63,689 bases of DNA, filler included, from Collodictyon triciliatum (GCA_043381765.1; 6 parts of 6 records of this genome joined end to end with filler, not necessarily neighbours in it), one strand, 5' to 3'; numbered from the whole stretch's first letter, positions 42,370-61,058 are shown. Notes: generated by a model from the letters alone, not told the origin. Numbers and translations: made by a program.

Positions 42370-44432
42370 GGCACAAAAGTTATTATTGGTCAAGCTTACA
42401 GCCTACCTTATTCATACACGCATGCCCCGTGAAACTGATTGCGCTGCATAGCCGATCGGCCTTTTCCCACATCTTGTCTAAATGTCTAACGAGCTCCTCT
42501 TCCTCTGTGCCGTATGGGAACATATAAGCTTTCGACCGGAATAAATGACTGGCTTCTCGAACCTGTACATAAAAAGCTTAATGCAAAAACATACTTTGAA
42601 TGAGTTATAAAGGTTCCAATGTATATTTTAAAAAGTATCGATAAAGATTTTAATGGAAAACCTTCTCAACATGCCGCGTTTTTGTGTAGCTTTCCTCTAG
42701 TCCCTGTGAGTACACATTGATGGCAGCTTGATGCGCGACTTTCACAGTTCTAAAAGAAAGGGCAATTTGCCTTAGTGACACATACCTTTTTCCAACCAAT
42801 TCTAAAACACATAAGAGAATAACACACTCTTCCGAAAATCTTCGAACAGGGTTCAAGGACGAAGATAGTTTGTGGTCCATCGTTGATTCAGACTCTTTGG
42901 TCTCGTCAAGTTTCAATGAATTCCATGGATGAGAAACCAGGTATCTCCACATACTTAATGGAATCAATACCTGAATTGATAGTTATTTTCAGGGTAAGAG
43001 TAATTTCGTTGTTTTTTTTTCCGCAAATAATTAAAAGCAATTAACCTCAGGTTTTTTAGACAGTTTTTCCTGTGTAGACATGAACGCTTTAAATACTGTT
43101 AATCGAAGTGCATTGTAATCAATCACTAGAGGGCTGGTATTCAAATCTTCTGCCTTTGGCAGAATAATAGAATTGGCCGAGTCGACGATGTAAAGCATCG
43201 GCCTGTATTCATATTCATTTTTTTAAGTGAAGAGTCGATTCTGATTAAGCGATACGTTGAACAGCAACGATGATATGAATAGGGTTTAGATTAAGATAAA
43301 ATGTCGTGGAAAACATTACTTTGAGTTTGCTGAGGCTGACGAGTTCAACATCGATTTAGATATAGCTTGGAATTGTGATAGCAATTGTTGTTTTATCTGT
43401 TATTTTGCATATATTTCAGGAAAATACTTTTTCCTTTTAGACTTGAATAAAATAAAATAGTACAAAAAAGTACAAAAAAGTACAAAAAAGTACAAAAAAG
43501 TACAAAAAAGTACAAAAAAGTACAAAAAAGTACAAAAAAGAAAGAAAAGCAACAATCATAATCCATATATGATATATTTGCTAACCTTTTCCATAGCATG
43601 AGGTTCCCTGAATTCTGGCTCGGATGAAAAGTGGCTGGCCTGTTGTAGACGAAAAGTTATTTTTTTTCCCCACTTTGTGATTAAATTTCCATGAACAGTC
43701 CTGTGAGGCATCTGAAACTATGACATATGAAAGTGGAGGAAAAAGCAAACATGGTCGAAGACGAGAAATATGGTCGGGACGTATTTCCCGATTTCGTAGG
43801 AAGTCAAAGTCGATGAAGTCTTATGCAAAGTGTATTCTTTTGTGTTTACTCCTTTCGTTTTGCTCGAAGCCTTTGATGAGGAATTGCTTAACGCTTGCTT
43901 TGGAAGAGCACACAGCTTCATTGATAATACAGCCTTGAACAGTTTCAAAAGATGGAGGTCTATTCTTGGGGCCATTTGAGGAATCTAATTTTTTTTTAAA
44001 ATCATCGCTTACTTTGTTTTCATTGGGAGTGCTAGGATATTGACAAAGTCAAAACTATTCGAGGGTTAAATATGCCAGTTTCTTTTATTTTCTCGCTCGA
44101 AGTATTATTGCCAAAACACCAGAAATGAATAAACAAATAAACTGATTTGCTTTCTGTTTGTTGATTTTGTTACTATAACAATATACTATAATATGCATTT
44201 ATTATCTTCATACTATTATTGAGTGCGTGATGCAGAATAGTAGTGTCATGTTCTTTACTAGCTCAGCTTCATCTTCAACCTTGTGGGATTGATAAATTGA
44301 ATCACAAAGCTACAGATGTGAGATGAACGAGTGGCTCAAACGGTGAATATATAATGGACTATACCAAGTCGCCAAAAAGGAAAAGATACAACGCTTGCTT
44401 CTCTTCCTGGTGATGTGCCCATAAGCATTTCT
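40202..44432 (-). CDS. SMG8: Nonsense-mediated decay factor SMG8
   Basis: Motifs CSAISFTGHAC, SCNCGQ..KDPFN, VGYEYECTLGHRY, QLLRLYIGVP and SIRLPYVY. Stop at 40202; 5' end uncertain. Confidence 0.8.
40449..40478 (+). mobile_element. 30-bp family A insertion with 11-bp TSD
   Basis: GGGTACTTTGAATCGAATAAAGGAAAAAAA flanked by CATTTAAGATT at 40438-40448 and 40479-40489. Confidence 0.8.
40996..41019 (+). mobile_element. 24-bp family B insertion with 11-bp TSD
   Basis: AAATGAAAGGGAGAATAAAAAAAA flanked by GTGCATTGTAT at 40985-40995 and 41020-41030. Confidence 0.7.
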
Positions 44433-44981
44433 ATACCATGTATAAGATAATTATTTCATAAAGGTACTATGCATCTTTTTGGTTTAAACAAAGGCAAACA
44501 TGGTACTTTTTCATTTTCAATCTAATAATAAAGAAAAACGATAAATAGACAGGAAAAAAAATATCCATAAAAAATCGCGGACGACTAGTTAGGGCTAAAA
44601 ACTCACCGCCTTGCACAAATAGAAAACAGCAATAATAAAAACCAAAAACCCAAAACCAAAAACCCAAAACCAAAAACCCAAAACCAAAAACCCAAAACCA
44701 AAAACCCAAAACCAAAAACCAAAAACCAAAAACCAAAAACCAAAAACCAAAAACCAAAAACCAAAAAAACAAATAAAAAACAAAAAACACAGTCTAATAT
44801 TTTCTAGCATAAAATGGCGATAACATACCCCTTCGCCTGTAATCCTCTCCGAGGAAGGATCGAGCTTTTTTAAGTGATAAAACCTTAGTTCTTTCCCGTC
44901 TATTTATCACCTTTCTTATCCATACTTCACAGTATTATATCTTATCTTATTTTGTCTTCCTTCTAGGGCGCTCGTGAGCTA

Positions 44982-45552
44982 ATGCGAAAACAGCCGAAAC
45001 AGATCCATCGGGTTGGGTTACCCAAGTTTTGTTTGCGGCGATCACTTTGCTTCACACAGCTCCTCAAACACTGGGGATTAAACACGTACCTCAGCATGGC
45101 GAAACACAGAAGATCCAAGAAAGTTGTTTGCCCAAGCAGTTGGTGTGTGCCCATTGAGAGAGAAGTTTGGAAGAAAAACAACACCCACAATGTGATGAAT
45201 CTCTTCTGCAGCGAGTGTCGGGCCTTCCAGAAAGCGCGGCCAGTTGCGCCCAGTGATGCAGCGAGCCATGGCAAGCCGAAGCAAATGTCCTTTGCTTTCA
45301 GATACCAGGTTTTCAAGAAAACGAGCGCAAGCCAAAGATTATATCCATTATTAATACATTGTTATATACATATAAATCCGTAACTTTCACTTTGAATCGA
45401 AAAAAAAAGAAAATATATGTCCGAAGCTCTTTTTTTTTCTATTTCATTTTTGTTTTCTCTTTTCTGAGCCATTGTTATAGCTTGCGCGCATATTGGAGAT
45501 TCTTAAGCGTCTATCGAAACCAAAGATGGCTTCTGTTACTGGAAAAAACTAA
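44982..45552 (+). CDS. Hypothetical basic Cys-containing protein
   Basis: Exons 44982-45308 and 45481-45552 splice in frame; CPxxxC and CxxC motifs; no family recognised. Confidence 0.35.
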
Positions 45553-45568
45553 AAACAACCAAAAAAAA

Positions 45569-45633
<65 letters not shown>

Positions 45634-45733
45634 NNNNNNNNNNNNNNNNNNNNNNNNNNNNNNNNNNNNNNNNNNNNTTAATTAATTAANNNNNNNNNNN
45701 NNNNNNNNNNNNNNNNNNNNNNNNNNNNNNNNN
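45634..45733. other. Artificial scaffold spacer
   Basis: N44-TTAATTAATTAA-N44. Confidence 0.97.
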
Positions 45734-45758
45734 AAAAAAAAGGAGAAAAAATAATTTG

Positions 45759-45789
<31 letters not shown>

Positions 45790-45798
45790 TTTTTTTTG

Positions 45799-45834
<36 letters not shown>

Positions 45835-45839
45835 TTATT

Positions 45840-49743
<3,904 letters not shown>

Positions 49744-50103
49744 ACTGCAGTTGAAAGTGGGGTTTGAATAGTGCTTGTTTCAAACAGTATCACAAACACA
49801 CTAAGCTCCGATCAGCTCTCCGCGTCTTTTTAGCGGGTTGATGCCCCTGCGGGCAGAAAGAAGGAAGCCGTGTTTTACTGTCGTGTTATGCGTTTGGATG
49901 ATGGTTCATAGAAGCGGGGTTGATTGGATCTGAGTGATCTTAGTGGTGCGTAGTCATGACAATTAAGGTATGAACAAGCTGCATTGTCCTTGGTTTCTAT
50001 TCTTCGCCCTTGTTTCTATTTGTTTCTTGGGTCATCTTATCTTTTATTTTACTCTTTAGAGTCCAATTTTGTTCTGCAAGTTTTTCATTGAGTTGCACTC
50101 GCT

Positions 50104-53100
50104 TTATGTGTCTTTGAGATAGTAACTATGGCTCGATGCTTTTTCGGCAATGAACAAGACAACCCCGCTGGAAAATGCGCTGATGACAAAAAGCGTGTCG
50201 AACCAGTGATGATAGAAATGGAACTGAATATCTCCAAGGACCTCATTTAGTATGAGTCTGTGTTTGATGGTATATTAAAAATTGACAGAGTTAATTTTAC
50301 TGAAAAATAAAAAGAAGTATGCTGTGACTCATTCAAGAAGGACTGAAGGAAAAAAACGAACCTGTATCTCAAGGGAAGATTCATTCGGATAAGGAGCATC
50401 GATGAAACAAAATACATTCCCATGATTTGGGCGAAAACAAGTACCATGAAACCCGCAGAAAAGCTGCTGGCTACTTCTCTGAACATCTATTTGATTATCG
50501 GTTGCAGTTATTTATTTCATGGGTGATTTGAGGTCATGAATTTACGCTTTCTTGCAATCCAATTTTGATACTTCAAATATATGTGTGTTTGTTGTTTTGT
50601 TTTTTGACTGTACAATTCATCTGGAAGCTCTTTCATTTATTTAGAAACTCGTGCCCACCGAAAGGAAATAAATTCTACTTGTCAAAAGCCATATTTGACG
50701 TGGGTGTGGTAGGTGTACGAAAGAGCTCTTGAAATAATACCTTAAGAAGTTGATTTAGGAGACCTCTAATAGAGCTGATTGCCATGATTGTAATGAGTAT
50801 GAAGGTGATGTATTGCGACCAGAACTCTGCATCGATGTTGAGATTCAAATATTTCAGGGCTAGCTCAATTCCACGCGTTGCTGGATCGCTCGTAGCCATT
50901 TGATTGTATAGGATATTTTTTGTGGACTTTGGGATTGAAAACGAAAGAAAAAAAGCTGTTACTTTGGGTAATCTTAAAAAAAAGAAGGAATTTCAAATGC
51001 TGAAGGACTTTCATCGCTATTTGTTAATTTTTGAATAATTGTTATTGATTTGCTCACCATAACTACTTTGTAAACGCAATACACGGAAAAGAAGTAGCCC
51101 AATAAATTGAAAAACTGCCCTTTCCATGTTTTTGAAAATGCTATACGGTTCTGTGTTTGCCGTGATATATGACATTTGAATAACATATGCTATTAAAATC
51201 TTGAACTGATAAAGATATGAAGAAAATAAATTTGGTTATGATTGTTTTGTTTAAAAAAAATATTTTCTACCATCTCCAGCCGATATTCATTCAGCGTCAA
51301 GAAAAGCTGCTCATACGCGGTTTCTTGTGATACAATTTCCTCATGAAGCGCCGAGATTTCTTTTTTTTTTTTTATTATTAAAAAAAAGAAAGAAGGGATT
51401 AGGTAGATGATAAAATTTTCATGTGAAAAGGGAATATCAAAAAAAAAAAAAAAAGTGAAATGATGAGGATTGAAAATGAGTTACGATTTCTTTGAAAAAA
51501 AAAAACGCAAAAAAGTTTCATTTTGAGGACGTACGTTGTGAACTACTGAATCGGTCATTAGATTTGAAAAATGGGAGGTATTGCAAGAGGATTCCCAATG
51601 AATTTGGTTTTTCCTTTGATTGAAAAAAATGAAAGTTAAATTTTACAATCAAGAGCCAAAATGTCAGATTCATAATATATTATATATCTAAATTGTAAAA
51701 ATAAAAATAAAATAAAAAATAGCAAGTCTGGTAAAAAAAAAAAAAAGAAACCTGGACATTAGAGCGACCCGAACGAAGTCCCTCTACCAAGAGTGCATAT
51801 TTTCGTTTCTTTGATAGAAGAGAGTCCACAGCCTTTAAATAGCGCTTTTCTAGCAAATCGACATCTTTCTGTTCAATCGGCCTGGCACAGAATCACATGA
51901 AAGTGTACAATTGAGTGGTGGATATTGTGAATTAATGATTAATCTTTTTTATGGAGGTATCGTCTTTTATGTATATAATGGGACAATAGGGTGAAGCAAA
52001 ATACTTCCCTTTCTTTTTTTTTTTTTATTCTTCCTTTTCAATTTTGTGCAGGATGGTGGATTCTTTTTTATTTATTCATAACAAATTCAACCTTAAGAAA
52101 TATGTCAGGCTTGTGTACGGACTGTTGACAGCACCAAATCCTGAAAGTATAGCCATAACCGAGACTCCAATCACACCTATTCTACTCACTCCTTGTTCAA
52201 CCGAGAATACCGCTGCGGGGAAATATTTTTAATTAAAGTTGATAATTAAGAACGACGGAGTACCGTTGCAGTTGATGCAACTGAATGAAGGCATTTAGAA
52301 AGAGGACAAACTTCAAATAATCGTTTGATTTGTTTAAATTTCGGCAGAGGTGTTTCTCTATGCTTCACAGTGAAATCGTGTTCTCAAATTCTTACCGTGT
52401 TCCCCAGTAAGCGTTGGGAAGAACTTGCCGACCTCCCAGAATATGCACAGATGAATGATGAAACATAATGCGGCAAGCGATGCAGAGTGTGGTTTTGTAT
52501 GACCTAATTATATGGGCCCATCATAAATATGTTGTTACAGATTAAATATGTTCAATTTATTTCTTTTTCATTTTTCCATGAAAATATGGTTGAGGTTTTG
52601 TTCAGTTATGTTGGTTAGATAATTAGATAAAAATCGTACAGAGGATAGTTTTTTTTTGAGTTAATAGTGATTACTTGCCTAGATCCAAAAACAATATATA
52701 ATACTGGAAATATGGCACTATTACAATCAAGATGGCCAAGAGGAGGTATATGTCAACCATCCAATTTAACTTTCGAGAACTAATGTTGATCGAAAAGATA
52801 GCTAAGATTAATACAGCAAACCTCTTTATCCCTCAAACTCTCACGTTTTGTTTGTTTTTGTTTGTTTTTGTTTGTTTTTGTTTGTTTTTGTTTGTTTTTG
52901 TTTGTTTTTGTTTGTTTTTGTTTGTTTGTTTTTTGTTTGTTTNNNNNNNNNNNNNNNNNNNNNNNNNNNNNNNNNNNNNNNNNNNNNNNNNNNNNNNNNN
53001 NNNNNNNNNNNNNNNNNNNNNNNTGTTTGTTTTTTGTTTGTTTTTTTTGTTTGTTTTTGTTCTTGAACCCCTCTGCTATATCCCCATCAGTCGATTTTCA

Positions 53101-55501
53101 TATTATGCAACCGTTTACGCTTGAATACGCATGACTAACTTCAATTTCACCTATGCATGAGGCAGACAGTTCAAATTCACCCGTCTTCTGTTCTTACTGG
53201 AAGAAAGCCGAAGTATGTTATGTACAATGAACTGGTAAGAATCTCTTATCACACTATTTCAATCATTTCGGCAGATTCCATAATATGTGCCCCAATATTG
53301 TTGCTTGCTCCCATTCCACCATCATTGTACAAGGCTATAATGATATTGTGATGAGATAATTCTATATTGTAAGATCTATTGAATTTATTTCCTCTCCTTT
53401 CTTGTGGATGGCTTTCCCTGGCTGTTGTTGTCTTCATAACTGTTCTCTTATATTTTTTGGAGAGAAATATGGAAGGAAAAGAAAAAATTGGAGAGAAATA
53501 TCGTTGTAGCTGATTTTCTATCACCCTTGTACCAATGTCCGTCTTGTGTAGATTTTGACGAACAAGCAGTACATCCGAAACAATATTGTCATCGATATTG
53601 CCTGGGTTGCTGAGGTCGCTCCGCACATGTTCACTGCGAAAATCGCAAACTAAAAATGCTATCCGGAAAGAAAAACACCCTATATGCGAACGTGTACTGG
53701 CTAAAATGCTGTGATAGAAATATCCATCAATATAACTCTTGGGGTGGTGCGAGTGGGTGAGAGAAACTGAGTTGTCCAGAGAAATAGCGCCCCTTAATAT
53801 TCTAATTGTGGCTTTTATGATAAATACATCTTGCAAACTTTCAAACTGCACAAAAATCTTAAAATCGACGATTTTAATTGTTTTGATACTATCATGTGCT
53901 TACAAATCCATTGAGCTCTATATCCAGCAGAGCTGATTGGATTCTTAAGGCACAGTTTCTCAATGCGCCTCTGCATAACTCAACTGCCAATCCGGCGAAA
54001 AGTTGCTCGGCGGCCTGGATTCTGGTATAAGAAAGATGGCTTTGTGCGCAAACATTCTGGAAGATTCCATATTAGAATATGCACAACGAATACTCTGTCA
54101 AAGAGACAAATCATTGAACATATATGGAAAAGATGTTGTGGTCTGCGGAAGCCCCCAGAAATTCCCAGGAACAAGGACGAAGCTTTCAAAGAAAACAAAT
54201 GCATGCCGAAGCACCACACAATCAATCAACCAATCAACCCAAAAAACAAAATCTATGTGAATAGAAGTAACTGGGAAACAGAAGCGGCACTGCTTTTCAA
54301 CCGAAGCAATATAACCCAGTAGACAGCCGCGCAGGTGTGTGCGTGGCATCCCAGCGATGCAGCGATTGGCCCAAAGCACGTGGTGTATATATAGTGAAGG
54401 AGTGAAGATCAAACATAAATAGCGGTCGTGGGCAAGGAATTCCAGCAACAAACAGTAGGGTCAAAGCCATCAAGATGGTCACACATCACGGTGAGAAGGC
54501 AAACAGACTGACCAGGACCGCGTGGAGTTCTACTCCGCACCCAACTCCCAGCTTACACACAAACCCCAAACACAGAGTGCTTATGTCCCGTACTGCCTGC
54601 ATCCTCGGCCTTGCGCTGCTTGCTGCCATCGCCGTCCCTGCTCTCTGCCTGAGCGTCCCTCTGCAGAACCCCGAAGCCCGCAAGGAGCGCCTCATCTTCG
54701 AAGATACCTTTGACAAGCTTGACGTCNNNNNNNNNNNNNNNNNNNNNNNNNNNNNNNNNNNNNNNNNNNNNNNNNNNNNNNNNNNNNNNNNNNNNNNNNN
54801 NNNNNNNNNNNNNNNNNNNNNNNNNNTTGTTTTTTGTTTGTTTGTTTGTTTGTTTGTTTGTTTGTTTGTTTGTTTGTTTGTTTGTTTGTTTGTTTGTTTG
54901 TTTGTTTGTTTGTTTGTTTGTTTTATCTGGTAGGGGTTTGAAGCTTCTATGCTGCTTTTTGATATGAGAAGACGTTGACAGATGATTTTCGATGGAAAAG
55001 GATGCTGATTATGCATTTGGGTATTCTTTGTAGTAGTAATAATTCATTAAAATGTGGCGTCTAGAGTTAAAGAAGTTACCTCGGCGACATCACTTCCATA
55101 ACTTCGAATATAATTAGCTCGAACATGTTGCAAGATACAGAGAGAATCAAGGAAAAGAATACCTAGAATAATTATGCAATAATATGGTTATTCAATCTTC
55201 AGTAAGTGAATGATGTCGAACTTGCTGAGCAAAAAGGAGATTTTATGTAAGCATGCAGTCGAATCATACCCTCAATAATCATGTGAGGTGAATACGTAAG
55301 AAACGAACATGTAATTATGAGGCAATCAATAGACGTGGCGTCTTCTCGTGTTGTATTCGTGTTTGTGAGCAGACAAACCTGGACCATGATGTACTTGACT
55401 TCATAATCTTTAAAGAGCTTTTTACTGAGAAATATCCATCCGCCGAAAAAGAAGACGAGTTGTGTCGCAACGATCAGAGAAGCATCCGCCACCGCAGACA
55501 T
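50104..55501 (-). CDS. GPR89: Golgi pH regulator / GPR89 (GTG) family
   Basis: Motifs [87 protein letters not shown] and FYHHWFD. Stop at 50104-50106. Confidence 0.93.
52012..52058 (-). mobile_element. Family B retro-insertion
   Basis: (T)nATTCTTCCTTTTCAATTTTGTGCAGGATGGTG, near-identical to 57515-57553 on another scaffold. Confidence 0.7.
53157..53653 (+). CDS. DEAH-box RNA helicase C-terminal OB-fold exons (fragment)
   Basis: [51 protein letters not shown]; stop at 53651-53653. Confidence 0.85.
54583..54726 (+). CDS. Secreted GH16-like beta-1,3-glucanase/glucan-binding protein N-terminus (fragment)
   Basis: Signal peptide [22 protein letters not shown] followed by [11 protein letters not shown], a typical GH16 start; cut off by a gap. 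Confidence 0.55.
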
Positions 55502-55600
55502 TGCCCACCAAGATCACTTACCGCTGCGATTTTTTTATTTGTTGGTTTTCTTTTGTTTTTGTTTTTTTTTTTTTTTTTTTGTTTTTTTTTTTTTTTTTTT

Positions 55601-55639
<39 letters not shown>

Positions 55640-55657
55640 TTTTTTTTTGTTTTTTTT

Positions 55658-55757
55658 NNNNNNNNNNNNNNNNNNNNNNNNNNNNNNNNNNNNNNNNNNN
55701 NTTAATTAATTAANNNNNNNNNNNNNNNNNNNNNNNNNNNNNNNNNNNNNNNNNNNN
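55658..55757. other. Artificial scaffold spacer
   Basis: N44-TTAATTAATTAA-N44. Confidence 0.97.
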
Positions 55758-55879
55758 CTTCTACTTCTACTTCTACTTCTACTTCTACTTCTACTTCTAC
55801 TTCTACTTCTACTTCTACTTCTACTTCTACTTCTACTTCTACTTCTACTTCTACTTTTCACTCCCTCTTTTCCTCCAGA

Positions 55880-58800
55880 ATTATTACCTAGGTCACCGAG
55901 TTTTTCCCTTTATTCAACCCATGGTGAGGTCACTAAATAATTTAATCACACATTCTAAACATTCTTGACATTATTTTTCCAGATTTCAATCTCCCTGTGT
56001 GGGAGCAAGAATTAATTTCTGAGCCGAAAGCCCACCCCACTTTCAGTGCTGGACATGATGAGGTATATCTCTAATATTTGCATGTACCTGCTGTTTTCTC
56101 CATCCATTCATTCACAGGAGCTGCATAATTAGATTATTAATTGCATGGCTCCCTGAAGGTATGTATAAGTAAAACATGGATGTAGGTATCTCTTTTGGAA
56201 AGAATTCCTTTGCTGATCATGGATCATATTCAAGCATTTATGAAAGAAATTGAAGGCTTGTATTACAACAACATAATAATTTCTTATGAATAAGAGAATA
56301 TATTATACTTGTGAGATATTAATGAATAAAAATATTGTTCTCAATACTGATCAATCAGGGAATGACACAAACTCTTTTTAAAAGAAATTCACATAATTAT
56401 TGGCTATAGTTGTTGTATAAGATAGTCTTTTAGTTATTACAAAACCATCCTACTCCCAGGTGAGCGCACTCCGCCGGATGACCCTGATGGAGAGTTTATG
56501 AGAATGAGTATTCAGGTCATTTATGTACATATGACTCTACCTTTTTGGCTAATATATACACATATCATACATTTGCTCATCGGTCTTTTTTTTTTTATAA
56601 ATAGAATCAATACATGATCGATACCTTACTTGAGATATCTGTTACATTGGGAATCCATTTATACACTGATCGAAATATTGACCTGTCGCTCGGCCGAAGA
56701 TCTAAATATTTTATCAAATGTAGCAACCAAATATGTATATCACCTATGATTTGCATAAATGAAACTTATGAACATGCCAGTTATAATTACAGTAATATAT
56801 AATGTGAAAGCAATCACACAATAATCATTTGCTTTCTGTCTCACTTTCGAAATGTTCTCAATCGAAAGGGCAATGCATATATTGCTCACTTATCATATTC
56901 AAATTTAAAATTACAGTGATCGAATACGGGGAAAATCTATTGAGTACTTCGAAAACGTCCTCAAACAAACGATCACATATTCTCATCAGAACCATACACC
57001 CTATGTTGAATTTAGATAAAACGTACATGTCCTTGAACCTAATGGTATTCTAAAGAAAATAAGATTTCTTTAAATAAATACGCAAGCACAAATGAAAATT
57101 ATTATGTCAATCACGATTGGCATATACCAATAATAATAAAATACATAATTCATTTAAGAGTAAGCACAGCGCATCTATCTTCTCTGGTTTACTCCAAATA
57201 GTTGGTTATCTTGAGCCGTCACCCTCTGAAAAAAAGCCTACAAAACTGACAGCTGATGAAGTTTATCTTACAATTTATTAATATGTGTATTGACAATTTT
57301 TGGAAAAAAATCTTAAATCACCCATATGACACTAAAATAATCGAAAAAAAGTTAAGCGAGAATACTGATGCTTCAATAAAAAAAATTGTATTTAGTTTTC
57401 TCTCTCCAATCAGCTAAGACATACTTTACTTCGATTTCGGGGATCAGCTTTGACTCAAATATACATTAGAGGTGCTTTTTTTTTGTTTCATCACAACATT
57501 CTATTAATGTGCATTTTTTTTTATTCTTCCTTTCAATTTTGTGCAGGATGGTGAAGATGTATTCCATTAATGTGCATAAAAATTGTTTTTCATCCCTAGT
57601 ACATAACATATGAACGAAGTAAGAAAGACATATTTTTTTCCTTTATAAGTAGGAAAGAAATATAGTTGGTGCTATATTATTGTATTTGATACATTTTTCT
57701 ATGACATTTTATATCATTTTATTTATATTGATATTAATAGGCGATGATCTTAGTGAGGAGCAAATTGAAAGACTTTTCTCTGCCATCGAAGATCTTTTCT
57801 TCAAGTATACGTGCTACTTTTCGTGAAATTAATTTAATGATATCTATTCATGAATTAAAATTAATTTGAAGCGATTGCATAAGGTGTCATTTTCTTTTAA
57901 GCCCCTGATTATGATGTTGGCAAATCTAAAATTAAATTTATCTACAAGATATCTAATCGTTTTCTTTAAAAACAAAAATAAAGCTTTACTACAGATTTTT
58001 TAAGCGATATCTTGAGCATGTTGATGGGCTATTCAATTAGAAATAAATGCGAATGGATGAAAAGGCTCAGTTCGGAGCTTCTTTCACTTTGTACTTTGAG
58101 GCCGCATGGTATTATGGGAATGATCGATCGTTTGTTGAGTACTCCTAGTCCAGGTGCTGCGTTCAGTCATTACATCTCAAAAATTAAATGAAGAAATGCA
58201 ATATGAGAGAGATGAGAAAGATATATCTAAAAAAAAAAAAAAGCAGATGCTTAACTTGTTTATCTACAACAAGCTACATTCATTTTCATTTTATTGATAG
58301 TAATTTTAAACCAAGGCCCTCTTGGACTTTGTATGGTTTATGCTTAGATTTCTCAGTAGCAATATTTTCTCTTAGGAAAGGAGATTCCATATGAAAAAAC
58401 TCTTGAAATCATATGCATACCCCCAAATTTTGCTCCTGATGCCAATGTACTATACCATATCAAGATAGTGGACTCCTATTATTATTTAAATTACCATTGT
58501 TATTTACTCTCATCAAGCTCTTCTCGATCACGCCAAATTAACTGAAAAGACACCGAAAAATCATTATTGTTCACTCTTTGAACGTTGTCGTTTATAATCC
58601 CTTTATTCGAATTTATGAATTCAGATCATCTGCAATATAAAGGTCAAGATTGATTATTGAATCTGTTAACCAACAATTTGTATACTTGCTCTAATAGAGT
58701 TTTTACAAGTTCATCTGTCCTCAAGTATTGGAACTGGTCCACCTACATCCAACTGAAAAATCGAGACCCTTTATAAAATCAGGGATAATGTTGTTGGGAA

Positions 58801-60772
58801 GGCTAATTGATAAGGTCTACGTCGTGATTTGAAGTCCTTTTTTTTTTTAACATAATAATTGTGTTGAACATTCCTATAAACATCCCTTTAACTTTTCTTT
58901 TTCTTTTTCTTTTTCTTTTTCTTTTTCTTTTTCTTTTTCTTTTCTTTTTATTTTTATTTTTATTTTTCTTTTTATTTTTATTTTTATTTTTATTTTTATT
59001 TTTTGTATCTAGAAGAGGAACTGAATTTTTTATTTTGATATAGAACCCAGGAGCAGCAGATACACATTTAATTCGACCATTGTTGAAGAGTTTGATCAAG
59101 CTCTCTAAATTAAACGTTCAGCTTATGCATTCTGATGAACAAGACCGACCAAACGAGATATCCTCCATTCTTAGAGAAGATGAAATGCTGTTGACAGAAG
59201 CGGAACTGAGTACATGCATTGAGGATCTACATAAAGTCATCACTACATGTCCCCCAAGTTCAGCATTAATGAGTGTTCTCACGCCACGTATATTTCATTA
59301 TACCTTAAACGATAATACCATTTACTAAAGACAAAAAAAAAAAAGTATTGCGATAAAGATCACTATCCTCGTTTCCTTAAGTACTATAATGAGTTACTGA
59401 CTTGCTTTCTCTTTTTAGTCGTACCTTTATTGTTCCAACTTCACTGTCTTGTTCAAAAAACGATTTGTAACTTAAAATTCGCCGTCTCGGAGATTATGAC
59501 GTGTTTTTTTAAGTTAAGCCAAAACTCAGCTTTAATTCTCACCAGTATGATTCTCCCTCCATCAAAAGATCTACCAATAGAAATAGAAACTTCATTCAAG
59601 GTTCGACTGCATCCCACGTTTTCTTTTTCTTTTTCTTTTTCTTTTTCTTTTTCTTTTTCTTTTTCTTTTTCTTTTTCTTTTTCTTTTTCTTTTTCTTTTT
59701 CTTTTTCTTTTTCTTTTTCTNNNNNNNNNNNNNNNNNNNNNNNNNNNNNNNNNNNNNNNNNNNNNNNNNNNNNNNNNNNNNNNNNNNNNNNNNNNNNNNN
59801 NNNNNNNNNNNNNNNNNNNNTACTTTTACTTTTACTTTTACTTTTACTTTTACTTTTACTTTTACTTTTACTTTTACTTTTACTTTTACTTTTACTTTTA
59901 CTTTTACTTTTACTTTTACCTTTACTTTACTGTACTGTACTGTACATTTTTTTTTCAGTAAATATATTCTCTCAATTTTTTCGGACATAGGGAATGGAAA
60001 TTACATCGACCCTTATTGTTCATTCCAAGCAAATTTGTTTCGAACTTGGTGACTCTGGGGGAGTGATTGCAAAATTAAAGGGACAACAGTAAATAATCCT
60101 CTTAATGACATTCGTGAATGAGTATGCATATATATTACTGAAGATTAGGCAAACATATGATACGCCTATATTCAAGAAAAAAATACATTAAATATTCAAA
60201 ATTAAGAATCAAGGATGCAGAATGGGAGACCAAATGCATTTTAAAATTTATGGAGGAATTGAAAAGCACGTCAATACCTGGAGATGTTTATGTTAACATA
60301 TTACAAGCATTCACTGATTTAATCAAATCCGACAAACAAGAAAGGTGATTAAAATCTACACAATAAGCTCTTTATTCATGGTTTTGGTTTGAGACGTTCT
60401 ATTGTTTATCATGTACTGAAATCAAGAAATAACCACTTTTCATCATTAAGTTACTGTTCCCGTATAATTATATTTAACCATCGGATTGGTGATCCCCTTA
60501 TTGTTGATGTATAGCTTTGATGAACCGAGCTCCAAGAAAAAATACTATCTTGTCTTCCATTTCCTTATCATGATGACAGAGACTTTTGGTTCTTCGATTA
60601 TGAAGAATTCCTCTCAAGTTCTCGCTGTTATCCTCGTCATGCTTGAAGTAATATTAATATTGAAGTAACTGCATACAATACAGCTGCTTATTAACCTGAT
60701 TGAAATTTGTTTAGAGCGACGAAGTAGAGAGTATAACACTATCTCTCGGCATTCTTTCGGCTATGTTATGTG
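55880..60772 (+). CDS. TANGO6: Transport and Golgi organization 6 / Rtp1-like protein (partial)
   Basis: LRPHGIMGMIDRLL, FYKFICPQVLEL, LTEAELSTCIEDLHKV, PLLFQLHC, PGDVYVNIL and ESITLSLGILSAML resemble TANGO6. Many small exons. Confidence 0.7.
57515..57560 (-). mobile_element. Family B retro-insertion with 17-bp TSD
   Basis: Flanked by ATTCYATTAATGTGCAT at 57498-57514 and 57561-57577; the minus strand ends in AATAAA plus an A-tail. Confidence 0.8.
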
Positions 60773-60787
60773 GTAAATCTCTATATA

Positions 60788-60884
<97 letters not shown>

Positions 60885-60984
60885 NNNNNNNNNNNNNNNN
60901 NNNNNNNNNNNNNNNNNNNNNNNNNNNNTTAATTAATTAANNNNNNNNNNNNNNNNNNNNNNNNNNNNNNNNNNNNNNNNNNNN
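60885..60984. other. Artificial scaffold spacer
   Basis: N44-TTAATTAATTAA-N44. Confidence 0.97.
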
Positions 60985-61024
60985 GTTTGTGGAATTTATG
61001 TATGTATGTATATATGTATGTATG

Positions 61025-61058
<34 letters not shown>

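Noticed and set aside
53024-54726. DEAH helicase 3' end and GH16 5' end apparently nested antisense in a GPR89 intron
   Set aside because: Both genes are incomplete, and the contig is bounded by N gaps and (GTTT)n repeats on each side. Mis-scaffolding is the most likely cause; long reads would settle it.
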